DNA of 11,312 nt from a candidate division WOR-3 bacterium (lineage in GTDB: Bacteria; Hydrothermota; Hydrothermia; Hydrothermales; Hydrothermaceae): contig JBDRZD010000025.1 in NCBI GenBank assembly GCA_039803745.1, forward strand, positions 1 through 11,312. The letters are read 5' to 3'. A program made the translations under genes and the position numbers. Shown one piece after another: positions 1 to 6,967 of the stretch (positions are counted from its first letter, which is position 1; each line of letters opens with the position of its first letter). The notes below the pieces were generated by a model. That model saw nothing but the letters and a program-made list of their open reading frames with translations, was not told the DNA's origin and searched no databases.

Positions 1-979
1 TTTTGGGTTTTCCAAATTTCTTAAATGGTTTTTCAATGATTTCAGGTCCTTCTGTTTTTCCTAAGAAGTAATCTTTTGTTTTCTTTAATGCATTATCAAC
101 ATATGTTTTGCTCAATGTATAAACATATTTTTTATTTTTATTTGTTACATAATATACACCACCTTCTCCTGTATTGTTTCCGAATATTATAGAATGATAT
201 GTGCCATCCTTCATTTCAATATCAAAAATTCCTGCAGGCTCTAAAAGACCTGCATCTTTTATACTTATCGTATCAATAATATCCATTGCAATTATATTGC
301 TTATCATCCTTAAATACTGAATTGTTCTTGTTGAATCAAGTTTTACAGTATCATTTTCAAAATAAAACCTTCCATCCTTTTTGACAACAACAAAATTTTC
401 ACCAAAATTATGCTTGAATTTAACAACATCTTCAGCCTTAAAATTTGTAAGTCTTTTATCTATCCAACTCAACTTATAAAGGGGAAAATCACCCCTTATA
501 TATTTTTCAACAAGAACAATTTCATTTTTATTATTCAATCTTACATAGTTTGATGAAAAATCTGGCCCCATTTTACCTACAAAAAAGTCAAGGAGTATAT
601 TCCCCTTTGCATTATAAGCCTTTATATGAATCCCATTTTCCTCTTCAACCTGATATAAATTAAAATCTTTTGGATTTGTCCCAACAACTTCACCTTCTAG
701 ATTTTCAAAAGCCTTTAATGTTCTATCAATCCTTGCCGAATCAACAGGTAAGAATATTGTATCATATCTCTGTAAGAACCATTTTTCATCTTTCTTTGTA
801 AGGATAAATTCCTTATCCTTTGATTTCATTTCAATCCTTGCAATATCAGAAATTTTAAAATCAGTAATTTTTATTTTTTTTGGTGCCCTTATTCTTTTTG
901 ACCATGGAGATTCAATGATTAAAAATATAAAAAGAAGTATAAAAAATATTCCTCCAAAAAGGCGTGCATTATACCTCAT
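1..979 (-). CDS. DUF4340-like membrane-anchored extracytoplasmic protein, fourth gene of the Gld-like ABC module (3' end beyond the window)
   Basis: Not in the ORF track because no stop lies in the window. Manual translation from the ATG at 979 gives MRYNARLFGGIFFILLFIFLIIESPWSKRIRAPKK...IARIEMKSKDKEFILTKKDEKWFL...LDFFVGKMGPDFSSNYVRLNNKNEIVLV...SWIDKRL..., open for 326 codons to the edge. It has an N-terminal hydrophobic anchor and a duplicated 'L/I-x-x-G...YV' pattern. It starts 1 nt after the gldG-like stop, with purine-rich AAGGAAGGGA upstream. This is the usual position of DUF4340 genes after GldG-like genes. Confidence 0.85.
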   Translation of the reverse strand, partial: MRYNARLFGGIFFILLFIFLIIESPWSKRIRAPKKIKITDFKISDIARIEMKSKDKEFILTKKDEKWFLQRYDTIFLPVDSARIDRTLKAFENLEGEVVGTNPKDFNLYQVEEENGIHIKAYNAKGNILLDFFVGKMGPDFSSNYVRLNNKNEIVLVEKYIRGDFPLYKLSWIDKRLTNFKAEDVVKFKHNFGENFVVVKKDGRFYFENDTVKLDSTRTIQYLRMISNIIAMDIIDTISIKDAGLLEPAGIFDIEMKDGTYHSIIFGNNTGEGGVYYVTNKNKKYVYTLSKTYVDNALKKTKDYFLGKTEGPEIIEKPFKKFGKPK

Positions 980-980
980 T

Positions 981-2516
981 TTATCCCTTCCTTAATTTCT
1001 TTCTTTCTCTATGGACAAATCTCAATGTTCCTAATACAATAACTATTATTGCTGCTCCAAAAGTATTTCCCCACTTAAACAAATTCTTTTGCCAATCAGA
1101 AAGATTTTTTATTGGTCTTTCAGTTTTTCCTCTTGACCTTATTTCTATTAATTCTTTTCCGAAACCAAGTGCATCACATAAATTTAATAAAAATAAAATG
1201 TTTTCAGGATACATATTTAAGATTCTATCCTCTATAAATTTAAGGTTTGAAACAAGGGCAAGATAAACCGGTTCTTTTGTTTCTTTTAAAAATTTTGTTG
1301 TATCAACACCCGGTGGCAAACTTTCAGAAGTAAAATAAGATTTAAATTTTCCATTGACAAGTATGCTTATGTTAAATTGTTTTCTTTCTTCTGGTGGTTT
1401 TGCAAAGGGATCAGGAAATAGATTATAAAAGGATTTTGTTGACCATGCCTGTGGTGTTGTTTTAATAAGAAAAGTAATTTCTTTATCCTTTAAAACATCT
1501 GAAACTGTATCAATTGATGAACACCATGGAAAAACAACATTTTCAAGTTTATTTACTATTGGGCTATTTTTATCAAAGAATTTTCTTATTCCTTTAATCC
1601 AGTAAGGATAGGGAATAAGAAATGCCATCCCTGCCTGCATAAATGGCGCCATTTCATGAGAGACATCCTGAACAAGATTTACATCTACTTTTATACCATA
1701 ATTTTTAAAAAATTCAACATCCTTTTCCCTTAATGCCCTTGATTGAAGTTCCTCTGTAATATTCACTGGGTCAATTAAAAATATACATCTTTTCCCCTTC
1801 ATTATATGCTGATCTATATTATAAAGAGCCATTTTATCAAGTTCTTTCCATCCAAGAACAAGTAAAAGGTTTATATCTTCAGGAATTAGATTTGGTGAAA
1901 CTTCTCTAACAGAATAGTGCTTGGATAATTGGTCTTTATAAATTGTATAAAAATCTTTTTTATCCTTTGATAGAAACATTATACCAATTTTTACTTCTTC
2001 TTTTTTTGCAAGTTTTAAAAGTCTTGAAGTGATTTCATATTCAATATTTTCAGTGCTTTCTACAACAGGAATAACTTCCCTTTTATCTTTATAAAAAATT
2101 GCAATTCCAAGAAAACCACCTATCACCTGCAGCTTATCCTTCTCAAATATGTTCATCTGTATTTTTGGTATTCCCATTCTTGTTACTTTTCCTTCAAGTT
2201 CTTTATTTTCTGCAGGATCTGTAAATTCAAATCTCAATTTACCCTTTGAATATGTTCTGTATTCTTCAAGAATATCCTCAACTTCCCTTCTAACTGGAAC
2301 AAGATTGGGTGGAAGTTTTTTTGAAAAATACGCTTTAACAGTAACTATATCATCAAGTTCTGAGAGAATTTTTTTTGTTGAATTTGATAAAGTATATATC
2401 CTATCTTCTGTTAAGTCAATCCTCAAGATTAGTTTCCTTAAAATAAGATTAAACAAAATTAAACTTCCAAAAATAAATAAAAGCGAAAGAATTATATTTA
2501 AATTTTCCCTCTTCAT
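981..2516 (-). CDS. GldG-family ABC transporter auxiliary component (N- and C-terminal TM helices, large extracytoplasmic domain)
   Basis: 511 aa. N-terminal TM followed by RIDLTEDRIYTLSNSTKKIL, the typical GldG 'R.DLT....YTLS..T' motif. Also FEFTDP, IEYEITS, LYNIDQHIMKG, ENILFLLNLCDAL, LIEIRSR..TERPI and a C-terminal TM with a basic tail. Confidence 0.9.
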   Translation of the reverse strand: MKRENLNIILSLLFIFGSLILFNLILRKLILRIDLTEDRIYTLSNSTKKILSELDDIVTVKAYFSKKLPPNLVPVRREVEDILEEYRTYSKGKLRFEFTDPAENKELEGKVTRMGIPKIQMNIFEKDKLQVIGGFLGIAIFYKDKREVIPVVESTENIEYEITSRLLKLAKKEEVKIGIMFLSKDKKDFYTIYKDQLSKHYSVREVSPNLIPEDINLLLVLGWKELDKMALYNIDQHIMKGKRCIFLIDPVNITEELQSRALREKDVEFFKNYGIKVDVNLVQDVSHEMAPFMQAGMAFLIPYPYWIKGIRKFFDKNSPIVNKLENVVFPWCSSIDTVSDVLKDKEITFLIKTTPQAWSTKSFYNLFPDPFAKPPEERKQFNISILVNGKFKSYFTSESLPPGVDTTKFLKETKEPVYLALVSNLKFIEDRILNMYPENILFLLNLCDALGFGKELIEIRSRGKTERPIKNLSDWQKNLFKWGNTFGAAIIVIVLGTLRFVHRERKKLRKG

Positions 2517-3223
2517 CTTCTCCTATCCATTATCCATATATTTAAATAAAGGAAAAACCCCATAAAGGAAATATAATAGATTATATCCCTTAAATCAATT
2601 ATCCCTCTTGTAATACTTTCAAACCTTGTTTTTAATGAAAAGAATTTAAATATATTTATCCAGAATGTTGAGAAATTGGCAATTAAAGCATCTTCACCTA
2701 TTATATAAAATAAAAAGCATATTGTAACAGAAAGGATATAGGCAACTATCTGATTCTGTGTAAAACTTGAAAGGGCAAGTCCAAGGGAAATGTATGCCCC
2801 ACCAAGAAAGAGTGCCCCTATGTATCCTGAAATTGTTGCTCCCCAATCAAGGTCCCCAATAAAAGAGAGTGTTATTGGTAATAAAAATGTGAGAAGTAAA
2901 GAAAGGGCAAAGAATGTTAATGCTGATAGAAATTTTCCAAATAAAATTTCATAATCCTTTAAAGGTAAAGTGAAGAGTATTTCAATCGTATTAACTTTCC
3001 TTTCCTCTGCCCATAATCTCATTGTAAGGCCGGGAATAAAAAGGACAAAGATTATAGGAAATAAAGAAAATAAATCCCTTAAAGTTGTTTGAGGAAATAC
3101 AAAGAAATTTCTTAAAAATAGCCATTGGGTTAAAACAAGAAAGACAACAAGATATATATAACCTATTGGTGAATTAAAATAACTCTTCAATTCCTTTTTA
3201 TATACTGCAAAAACCCTTTTCAT
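2513..3223 (-). CDS. ABC-2-type permease, GldF-like
   Basis: 236 aa, about 6 hydrophobic segments. Motifs KKELKSYFNSPIGY, PGLTMRLWAEERKVNTIEILFTLP, GKFLS, SSFTQNQIVA, FESITRGIIDLRDIIYY. ATGA overlaps with both neighbours. Confidence 0.92.
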   Translation of the reverse strand: MKRVFAVYKKELKSYFNSPIGYIYLVVFLVLTQWLFLRNFFVFPQTTLRDLFSLFPIIFVLFIPGLTMRLWAEERKVNTIEILFTLPLKDYEILFGKFLSALTFFALSLLLTFLLPITLSFIGDLDWGATISGYIGALFLGGAYISLGLALSSFTQNQIVAYILSVTICFLFYIIGEDALIANFSTFWINIFKFFSLKTRFESITRGIIDLRDIIYYISFMGFFLYLNIWIMDRRR

Positions 3224-4146
3224 TCCTCCCTAACAAGTTGTAAAAATATTTCTTCAAGACCATACCTTTCAGAATAAAGTTCATAAATTCTCCATTTATT
3301 TAAAACACAGAGATCAAATAATATTTCCCTTGCATCCCCTTCTTTAAATGAAATTTTCCCTTCAATAAAATCATTTAAGGATTTTATACTATATGATTCA
3401 ACATCCTTTCTTTCTTTAATCTTTTCTTCAAAATCCTTTTTATTTGCCTTTATTAAAAATTTAACACTTTCTTTCCTTTTTGTCTTTTCTTCAAGTTCTT
3501 TTATTTTCCCTTCTGCAACTATTTTACCTTTATGAATTATTATTGCCCTTTCACAAAGCATTTCAACTTCAGGAAGAATATGGGTTGAAAGAATCACTGT
3601 TTTTTCTTTACCAAGTTCTTTTATTAAATTTCTTATTTCAACTATCTGGGCTGGGTCAAGTCCTGTTGTTGGTTCATCAAGAATAAGTATTTCAGGGTCA
3701 TGTAAAAGAGCCTGTGCAAGCCCAACCCTCTGTCTAAAGCCTTTTGAAAGTTCACCAATTGGTCTATTTAAAACATCCTCTATTCCTGTATCATGTATTA
3801 CTTTTTCAAACCTTTCTTTAAATAAGTTTTTTTCCATTTCCCTTACTTCACCCATAAATTTCAAGTATTCCTTTGGTGTTAAATCAGTGTATATTGGGTT
3901 ATCCTCAGCAAGATATCCAATTTTCTTTTTAACCTCCTCAGGTTTCTCAAGAACATCAATGTTTTCAACAAAAACTGTTCCATTGGTTGGTTTTAAAAAA
4001 CCAGTTATTATCCTCATCGTTGTAGTTTTTCCAGCAGCATTAGGACCTAAAAATCCGAGAATCTCTCCCCTTTTTACATTAAAGGAAATATCATCAACTG
4101 CCTTAACTTTTCCAAAATATTTTGATAAATTTTTTACTTCTATCAT
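3220..4146 (-). CDS. ABC transporter ATP-binding protein, GldA-like
   Basis: 308 aa. Walker A GPNAAGKTT, signature variant LSKGFRQRV, Walker B/D-loop ILILDEPTTGLDP, H-loop LSTH, C-terminal LEEIFLQL. Confidence 0.96.
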   Translation of the reverse strand: MIEVKNLSKYFGKVKAVDDISFNVKRGEILGFLGPNAAGKTTTMRIITGFLKPTNGTVFVENIDVLEKPEEVKKKIGYLAEDNPIYTDLTPKEYLKFMGEVREMEKNLFKERFEKVIHDTGIEDVLNRPIGELSKGFRQRVGLAQALLHDPEILILDEPTTGLDPAQIVEIRNLIKELGKEKTVILSTHILPEVEMLCERAIIIHKGKIVAEGKIKELEEKTKRKESVKFLIKANKKDFEEKIKERKDVESYSIKSLNDFIEGKISFKEGDAREILFDLCVLNKWRIYELYSERYGLEEIFLQLVREE

Positions 4147-4161
4147 TTTTTGAAGTGATTA

Positions 4162-4191
4162 ATTATAATTAAAAAATTTTTTTAAAGTCAA
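4162..4191 (-). promoter_or_regulatory. Predicted sigma70-type promoter for the ABC module
   Basis: The minus strand reads TTGACT (4191-4186, containing the speB TGA stop), an 18-nt spacer, then TATAAT (4167-4162). The ATG follows 15 nt later with no Shine-Dalgarno. Confidence 0.65.
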
Positions 4192-5003
4192 ATTAAAGAA
4201 CAAATTATTTCCCTTATAATTATGCTTGCAGAGATAGCCCATGTCATCTCCTGTGAAACTAAGGGATTGTATTCAACAACATCAAAACCTATTATATTTT
4301 CTTTAAAATTTGATAGAAATATTATTGTATTTAAAATTTCTTTAAAATCAATTCCTCCCGGTTCTGGATTTGTAACTGCTGGAAAGAAAGCAGGATCCAA
4401 AACATCAAGGTCAATTGATACATAAAATTTTTTTGTTTTTAAAATATTTTCAATCTTTTTAATATTTTCATAAACATTAAAAAAATAAATATTTTTTGTA
4501 ATTTTTTCCTCTTTACCTTTTGCTCTTACGCCAAAGGTGAATACATTTTCTTCACCTATTTTTTCTTCAATCCTTTTTATAACTGTTGCATAGTTTATTT
4601 CATCTTTTTTAAATATTTTTCTTCTGTCAAGATGGGCATCAATATGAATTAATATAAATTCTTTAAAAAATTCTTTAATTGCAAGAACTGCAGGATAAGT
4701 TATTGTATGGTCTCCACCAATTAAAATAAATTTTTTATCATCTTTCAAAATATTTTTTATCTTTTCTTTTATTTTTTTAAAAATCTCTTTTTTCTTTAAA
4801 TTTTTTATTTCAATATCTCCTTCATCATAAAAATTCTTTGCAATTTTATTCTGATAAGGTGAATAATATTCTATTGCTTCTGAACCTTCCCTGATTTTTT
4901 TTGGTGCAATTGAAGCCCCCTTTTTAAAAACAACCTCGCTTTCATAAGGAACACCAATTATTATTAAATCAGAATTTTTTTTACTATATGCGAGGAACCT
5001 CAT
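4188..5003 (-). CDS. speB: Agmatinase-family ureohydrolase (agmatinase or N1-aminopropylagmatine ureohydrolase)
   Basis: Metal-binding motifs GGDHTIT, HIDAHLD and SIDLDVLDP, plus PEPGG and GFDVVEYNP. Start moved from the ORF-track TTG at 5024 to the ATG at 5003 (MRFLAYS..., 271 aa), which has GGAG 8 nt upstream. Overlaps the speE 3' end by 20 nt. Confidence 0.85.
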   Translation of the reverse strand: MRFLAYSKKNSDLIIIGVPYESEVVFKKGASIAPKKIREGSEAIEYYSPYQNKIAKNFYDEGDIEIKNLKKKEIFKKIKEKIKNILKDDKKFILIGGDHTITYPAVLAIKEFFKEFILIHIDAHLDRRKIFKKDEINYATVIKRIEEKIGEENVFTFGVRAKGKEEKITKNIYFFNVYENIKKIENILKTKKFYVSIDLDVLDPAFFPAVTNPEPGGIDFKEILNTIIFLSNFKENIIGFDVVEYNPLVSQEMTWAISASIIIREIICSLI

Positions 5004-5802
5004 ATAAAATTTCTCCAATCTCAAAAATTGCTTTATGTATTTTTTTAGAATAGAACTTTAAATTTTTAATTTCCCTTTTAATTTTACTTTTTAAAGGGTT
5101 ATAAAAATCAGAGGCAAATAAATACAGCCATACACCACCTGGATAAGTTGGGGCAGGGGAGAAATAAAACTTACATATTTTAAAAATTTCTTTAATTTCA
5201 TTATAAATTTTTCTCTGAATTTCTTTATGATAAATAGGTGATTCTGCCTGAATTACTAAAATACCCTTTTTCTTTAAAATTTTTTTAATATTCAAATAAA
5301 ATTCCTTTTCATAAAGTTTTTTTGCAGGACCAACAGGGTCAGGAAAATCACCGATTATTAAATCATATTTTTCATTTATTCTTTTCACAAATTCATAGGC
5401 ATCCTGAACAAATATTTTAACTTTCTTATTTTTAAAAACTTTCCCCCATTTAAAATTTTTTTCAGAAATTTTTATAACTTCTTCATCAATCTCAACAAGA
5501 TTTATTTCCTTTACCCCATGTTTTAAAACTTCATATACTGTCTTTCCGTCCCCACCACCAATTATAAGAACTTTTTCAGGATTTTTAATTAAAGAGAGGG
5601 CAGGATGAACAATTGCCTCATGATAAAAATATTCGTCCTTTTCTGTTAGCATTAAGAAATTGTCAAGGGCAAGAACTTTACCAAAATCTTTATTTTCAAA
5701 AAGAAGAATCTTTTGAAATTTGCTATTTTTATTAAAAAGGACTTTATCAATTTTTAAAAAAATACCTGCATTTTTTTTATGATACTCCCTGAATTCTTTC
5801 AT
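4984..5802 (-). CDS. speE: Polyamine aminopropyltransferase (spermidine synthase family)
   Basis: 272 aa. Motifs SKFQKI, FGKVLALD, TEKDEYFYHE..VHP, VLIIGGGDG, LVEIDEEVI, YDLIIGDFPDP, PTYPGGVW. Adjacent to speB. Confidence 0.93.
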   Translation of the reverse strand: MKEFREYHKKNAGIFLKIDKVLFNKNSKFQKILLFENKDFGKVLALDNFLMLTEKDEYFYHEAIVHPALSLIKNPEKVLIIGGGDGKTVYEVLKHGVKEINLVEIDEEVIKISEKNFKWGKVFKNKKVKIFVQDAYEFVKRINEKYDLIIGDFPDPVGPAKKLYEKEFYLNIKKILKKKGILVIQAESPIYHKEIQRKIYNEIKEIFKICKFYFSPAPTYPGGVWLYLFASDFYNPLKSKIKREIKNLKFYSKKIHKAIFEIGEILYEVPRI

Positions 5803-5811
5803 AAGAGGATA

Positions 5812-5841
5812 ATTTTAATTTAAAAATTATTTTTGCTTCAA
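5812..5841 (-). promoter_or_regulatory. Predicted sigma70-type promoter for speE-speB (leaderless or near-leaderless)
   Basis: The minus strand reads TTGAAG (5841-5836), an 18-nt spacer, TAAAAT (5817-5812), then TATCCTCTT (9 nt) and the ATG. No SD. Confidence 0.55.
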
Positions 5842-5871
5842 TTGTTTTTTGAAATTTATTTAAATTATAAT
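5842..5871 (+). promoter_or_regulatory. Predicted sigma70-type promoter for the lipoprotein-OmpA-UbiA operon
   Basis: TTGTTT (5842-5847), an 18-nt spacer, TATAAT (5866-5871), followed by a strong SD and the ATG at 5895. Confidence 0.55.
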
Positions 5872-5883
5872 TAATTTATTTAA

Positions 5884-5890
5884 AAGGAGG
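5884..5890 (+). promoter_or_regulatory. Shine-Dalgarno of the lipoprotein gene
   Basis: AAGGAGG, 4 nt before the ATG at 5895. Confidence 0.85.
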
Positions 5891-5894
5891 TTTT

Positions 5895-6956
5895 ATGAAA
5901 AAATATTGGGTAATTTTTTTAATAATAGGGATATCGTGTATAAAAGTGCCAAAGGAACAGCCAAAATGGTGGGTAACATTAAGATGTCCAATAGGTGATT
6001 CCTGTGTAACCGTATATGATATTTTAAAAGATCAGCCTGAAAAATATGAGATAATTTATGAATCTCCTGAAATAGATTCTGTATTTTCAATTCAGAGGCA
6101 TACAGAGACAAATGTATATGTTGATACAACCACTTTTCAGGTATTCTATGCAAGTTTAAGAAGGTCACTTGGAAGAGATATTGATACTATGAGGTCACTT
6201 TTCCGTTCATTACTCTTTACAATGGTTGGTAAAGTGAAAATAAAAGGTTATGCACCGGATACAATTAAAGGTTATGTAAGATTTACTCCATGGTGCTGGG
6301 ATACAATTGGTGATACAATGAAGATATGGTCAGATGATACAATATATTTTAGATTCTCTCCCGGAAATATAGATACAATTATAAGAATAATTTATCCAAA
6401 TTTCCCTTTTGGTCCACATAAACTTCAGATAAGGGTTGAAGATACAAAGATAAAGACAGGATATACAAATTTAGATACAATCTGGGGAATGAAAAGGGTT
6501 CTTTTTGCAGCCCAGCTTCTTGGAGACATAGTTTTTACAAAGGAAGATACCTTTGAAGTAGAAAAGGAAATAAGGAAGGCAGCAAAGAAAGGGCAAATTG
6601 CAAAAGTCAGGATAGTTTTGAATTTCAGACACTCAATACCTGGAGAGGCTTATGGAACAATTTATTTAAAAGGGCTTGAATGGCCACCTGATTCAGTAAT
6701 ACACAATTTTCCATTCTATGCTGCTCCAAAGGATACTGTTACAGGTAAATCAATAAATGCTAAAGCATGGAGTGATACATTAGAACTTACAAAAGATGAT
6801 TTCAATGTTTTTCAGGATTCCCTTGTATTTTACAGTATAAAAATTTTAATCCCAAAGCAAGGTAAGGCATATTTAAGATCAAGGGATTCTTTAAGAGTTA
6901 ATGGATGGGTTGAAGCAACAGTTTTAACAGACCTTGAAACATTAGAAGAAAAATAA
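5895..6956 (+). CDS. Hypothetical lipoprotein, beta-rich, probably outer-membrane or surface located
   Basis: 353 aa. MKK + hydrophobic stretch + lipobox-like GISC (Cys15), followed by a P-x-W-x3-L-x2-P segment. Alternating hydrophobic beta-strand patterns. I recognise no catalytic motif. Confidence 0.8.
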   Translation: MKKYWVIFLIIGISCIKVPKEQPKWWVTLRCPIGDSCVTVYDILKDQPEKYEIIYESPEIDSVFSIQRHTETNVYVDTTTFQVFYASLRRSLGRDIDTMRSLFRSLLFTMVGKVKIKGYAPDTIKGYVRFTPWCWDTIGDTMKIWSDDTIYFRFSPGNIDTIIRIIYPNFPFGPHKLQIRVEDTKIKTGYTNLDTIWGMKRVLFAAQLLGDIVFTKEDTFEVEKEIRKAAKKGQIAKVRIVLNFRHSIPGEAYGTIYLKGLEWPPDSVIHNFPFYAAPKDTVTGKSINAKAWSDTLELTKDDFNVFQDSLVFYSIKILIPKQGKAYLRSRDSLRVNGWVEATVLTDLETLEEK

Positions 6957-6967
6957 AGGAGGGAGAG

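Noticed and set aside
4020..4050. Walker A GPNAAGKTT and signature LSKGF differ from the textbook consensus
   Set aside because: GxxxxGK(T/S) is intact and LSKG is normal in GldA-like ATPases, so there is no sign of inactivation.
981..4146. Assigning gldA/gldF/gldG symbols and inferring gliding motility
   Set aside because: The family resemblance is clear, but orthology and motility cannot be shown from this window.
964..4425. Plus-strand ORFs 964-1266, 2149-2565, 3480-3686, 3887-4153 and 4222-4425
   Set aside because: They are antisense to well-supported genes and show no recognisable motifs, so they are shadow ORFs.
5004..5024. ORF-track N-terminal extension of SpeB (MRLEKFY)
   Set aside because: It starts at a TTG deep inside speE. 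The ATG at 5003 has a well-spaced GGAG and is the more likely start.
4188..5802. speE/speB (and the UbiA gene) look more AT-rich than the lipoprotein/OmpA genes, suggesting horizontal transfer
   Set aside because: Lys/Ile/Phe-rich composition explains this. There is no integrase, transposase, tRNA or flanking direct repeat, and I did not compute GC content formally.
6258..6481. Six exact copies of GATACAAT (6258, 6300, 6312, 6336, 6372, 6474) resembling iterons or a degenerate CRISPR
   Set aside because: All are in frame and encode Asp-Thr-Ile/Met with common codons. Spacing is irregular and the unit is only 8 nt. This is the DNA shadow of the protein sequon reported above.
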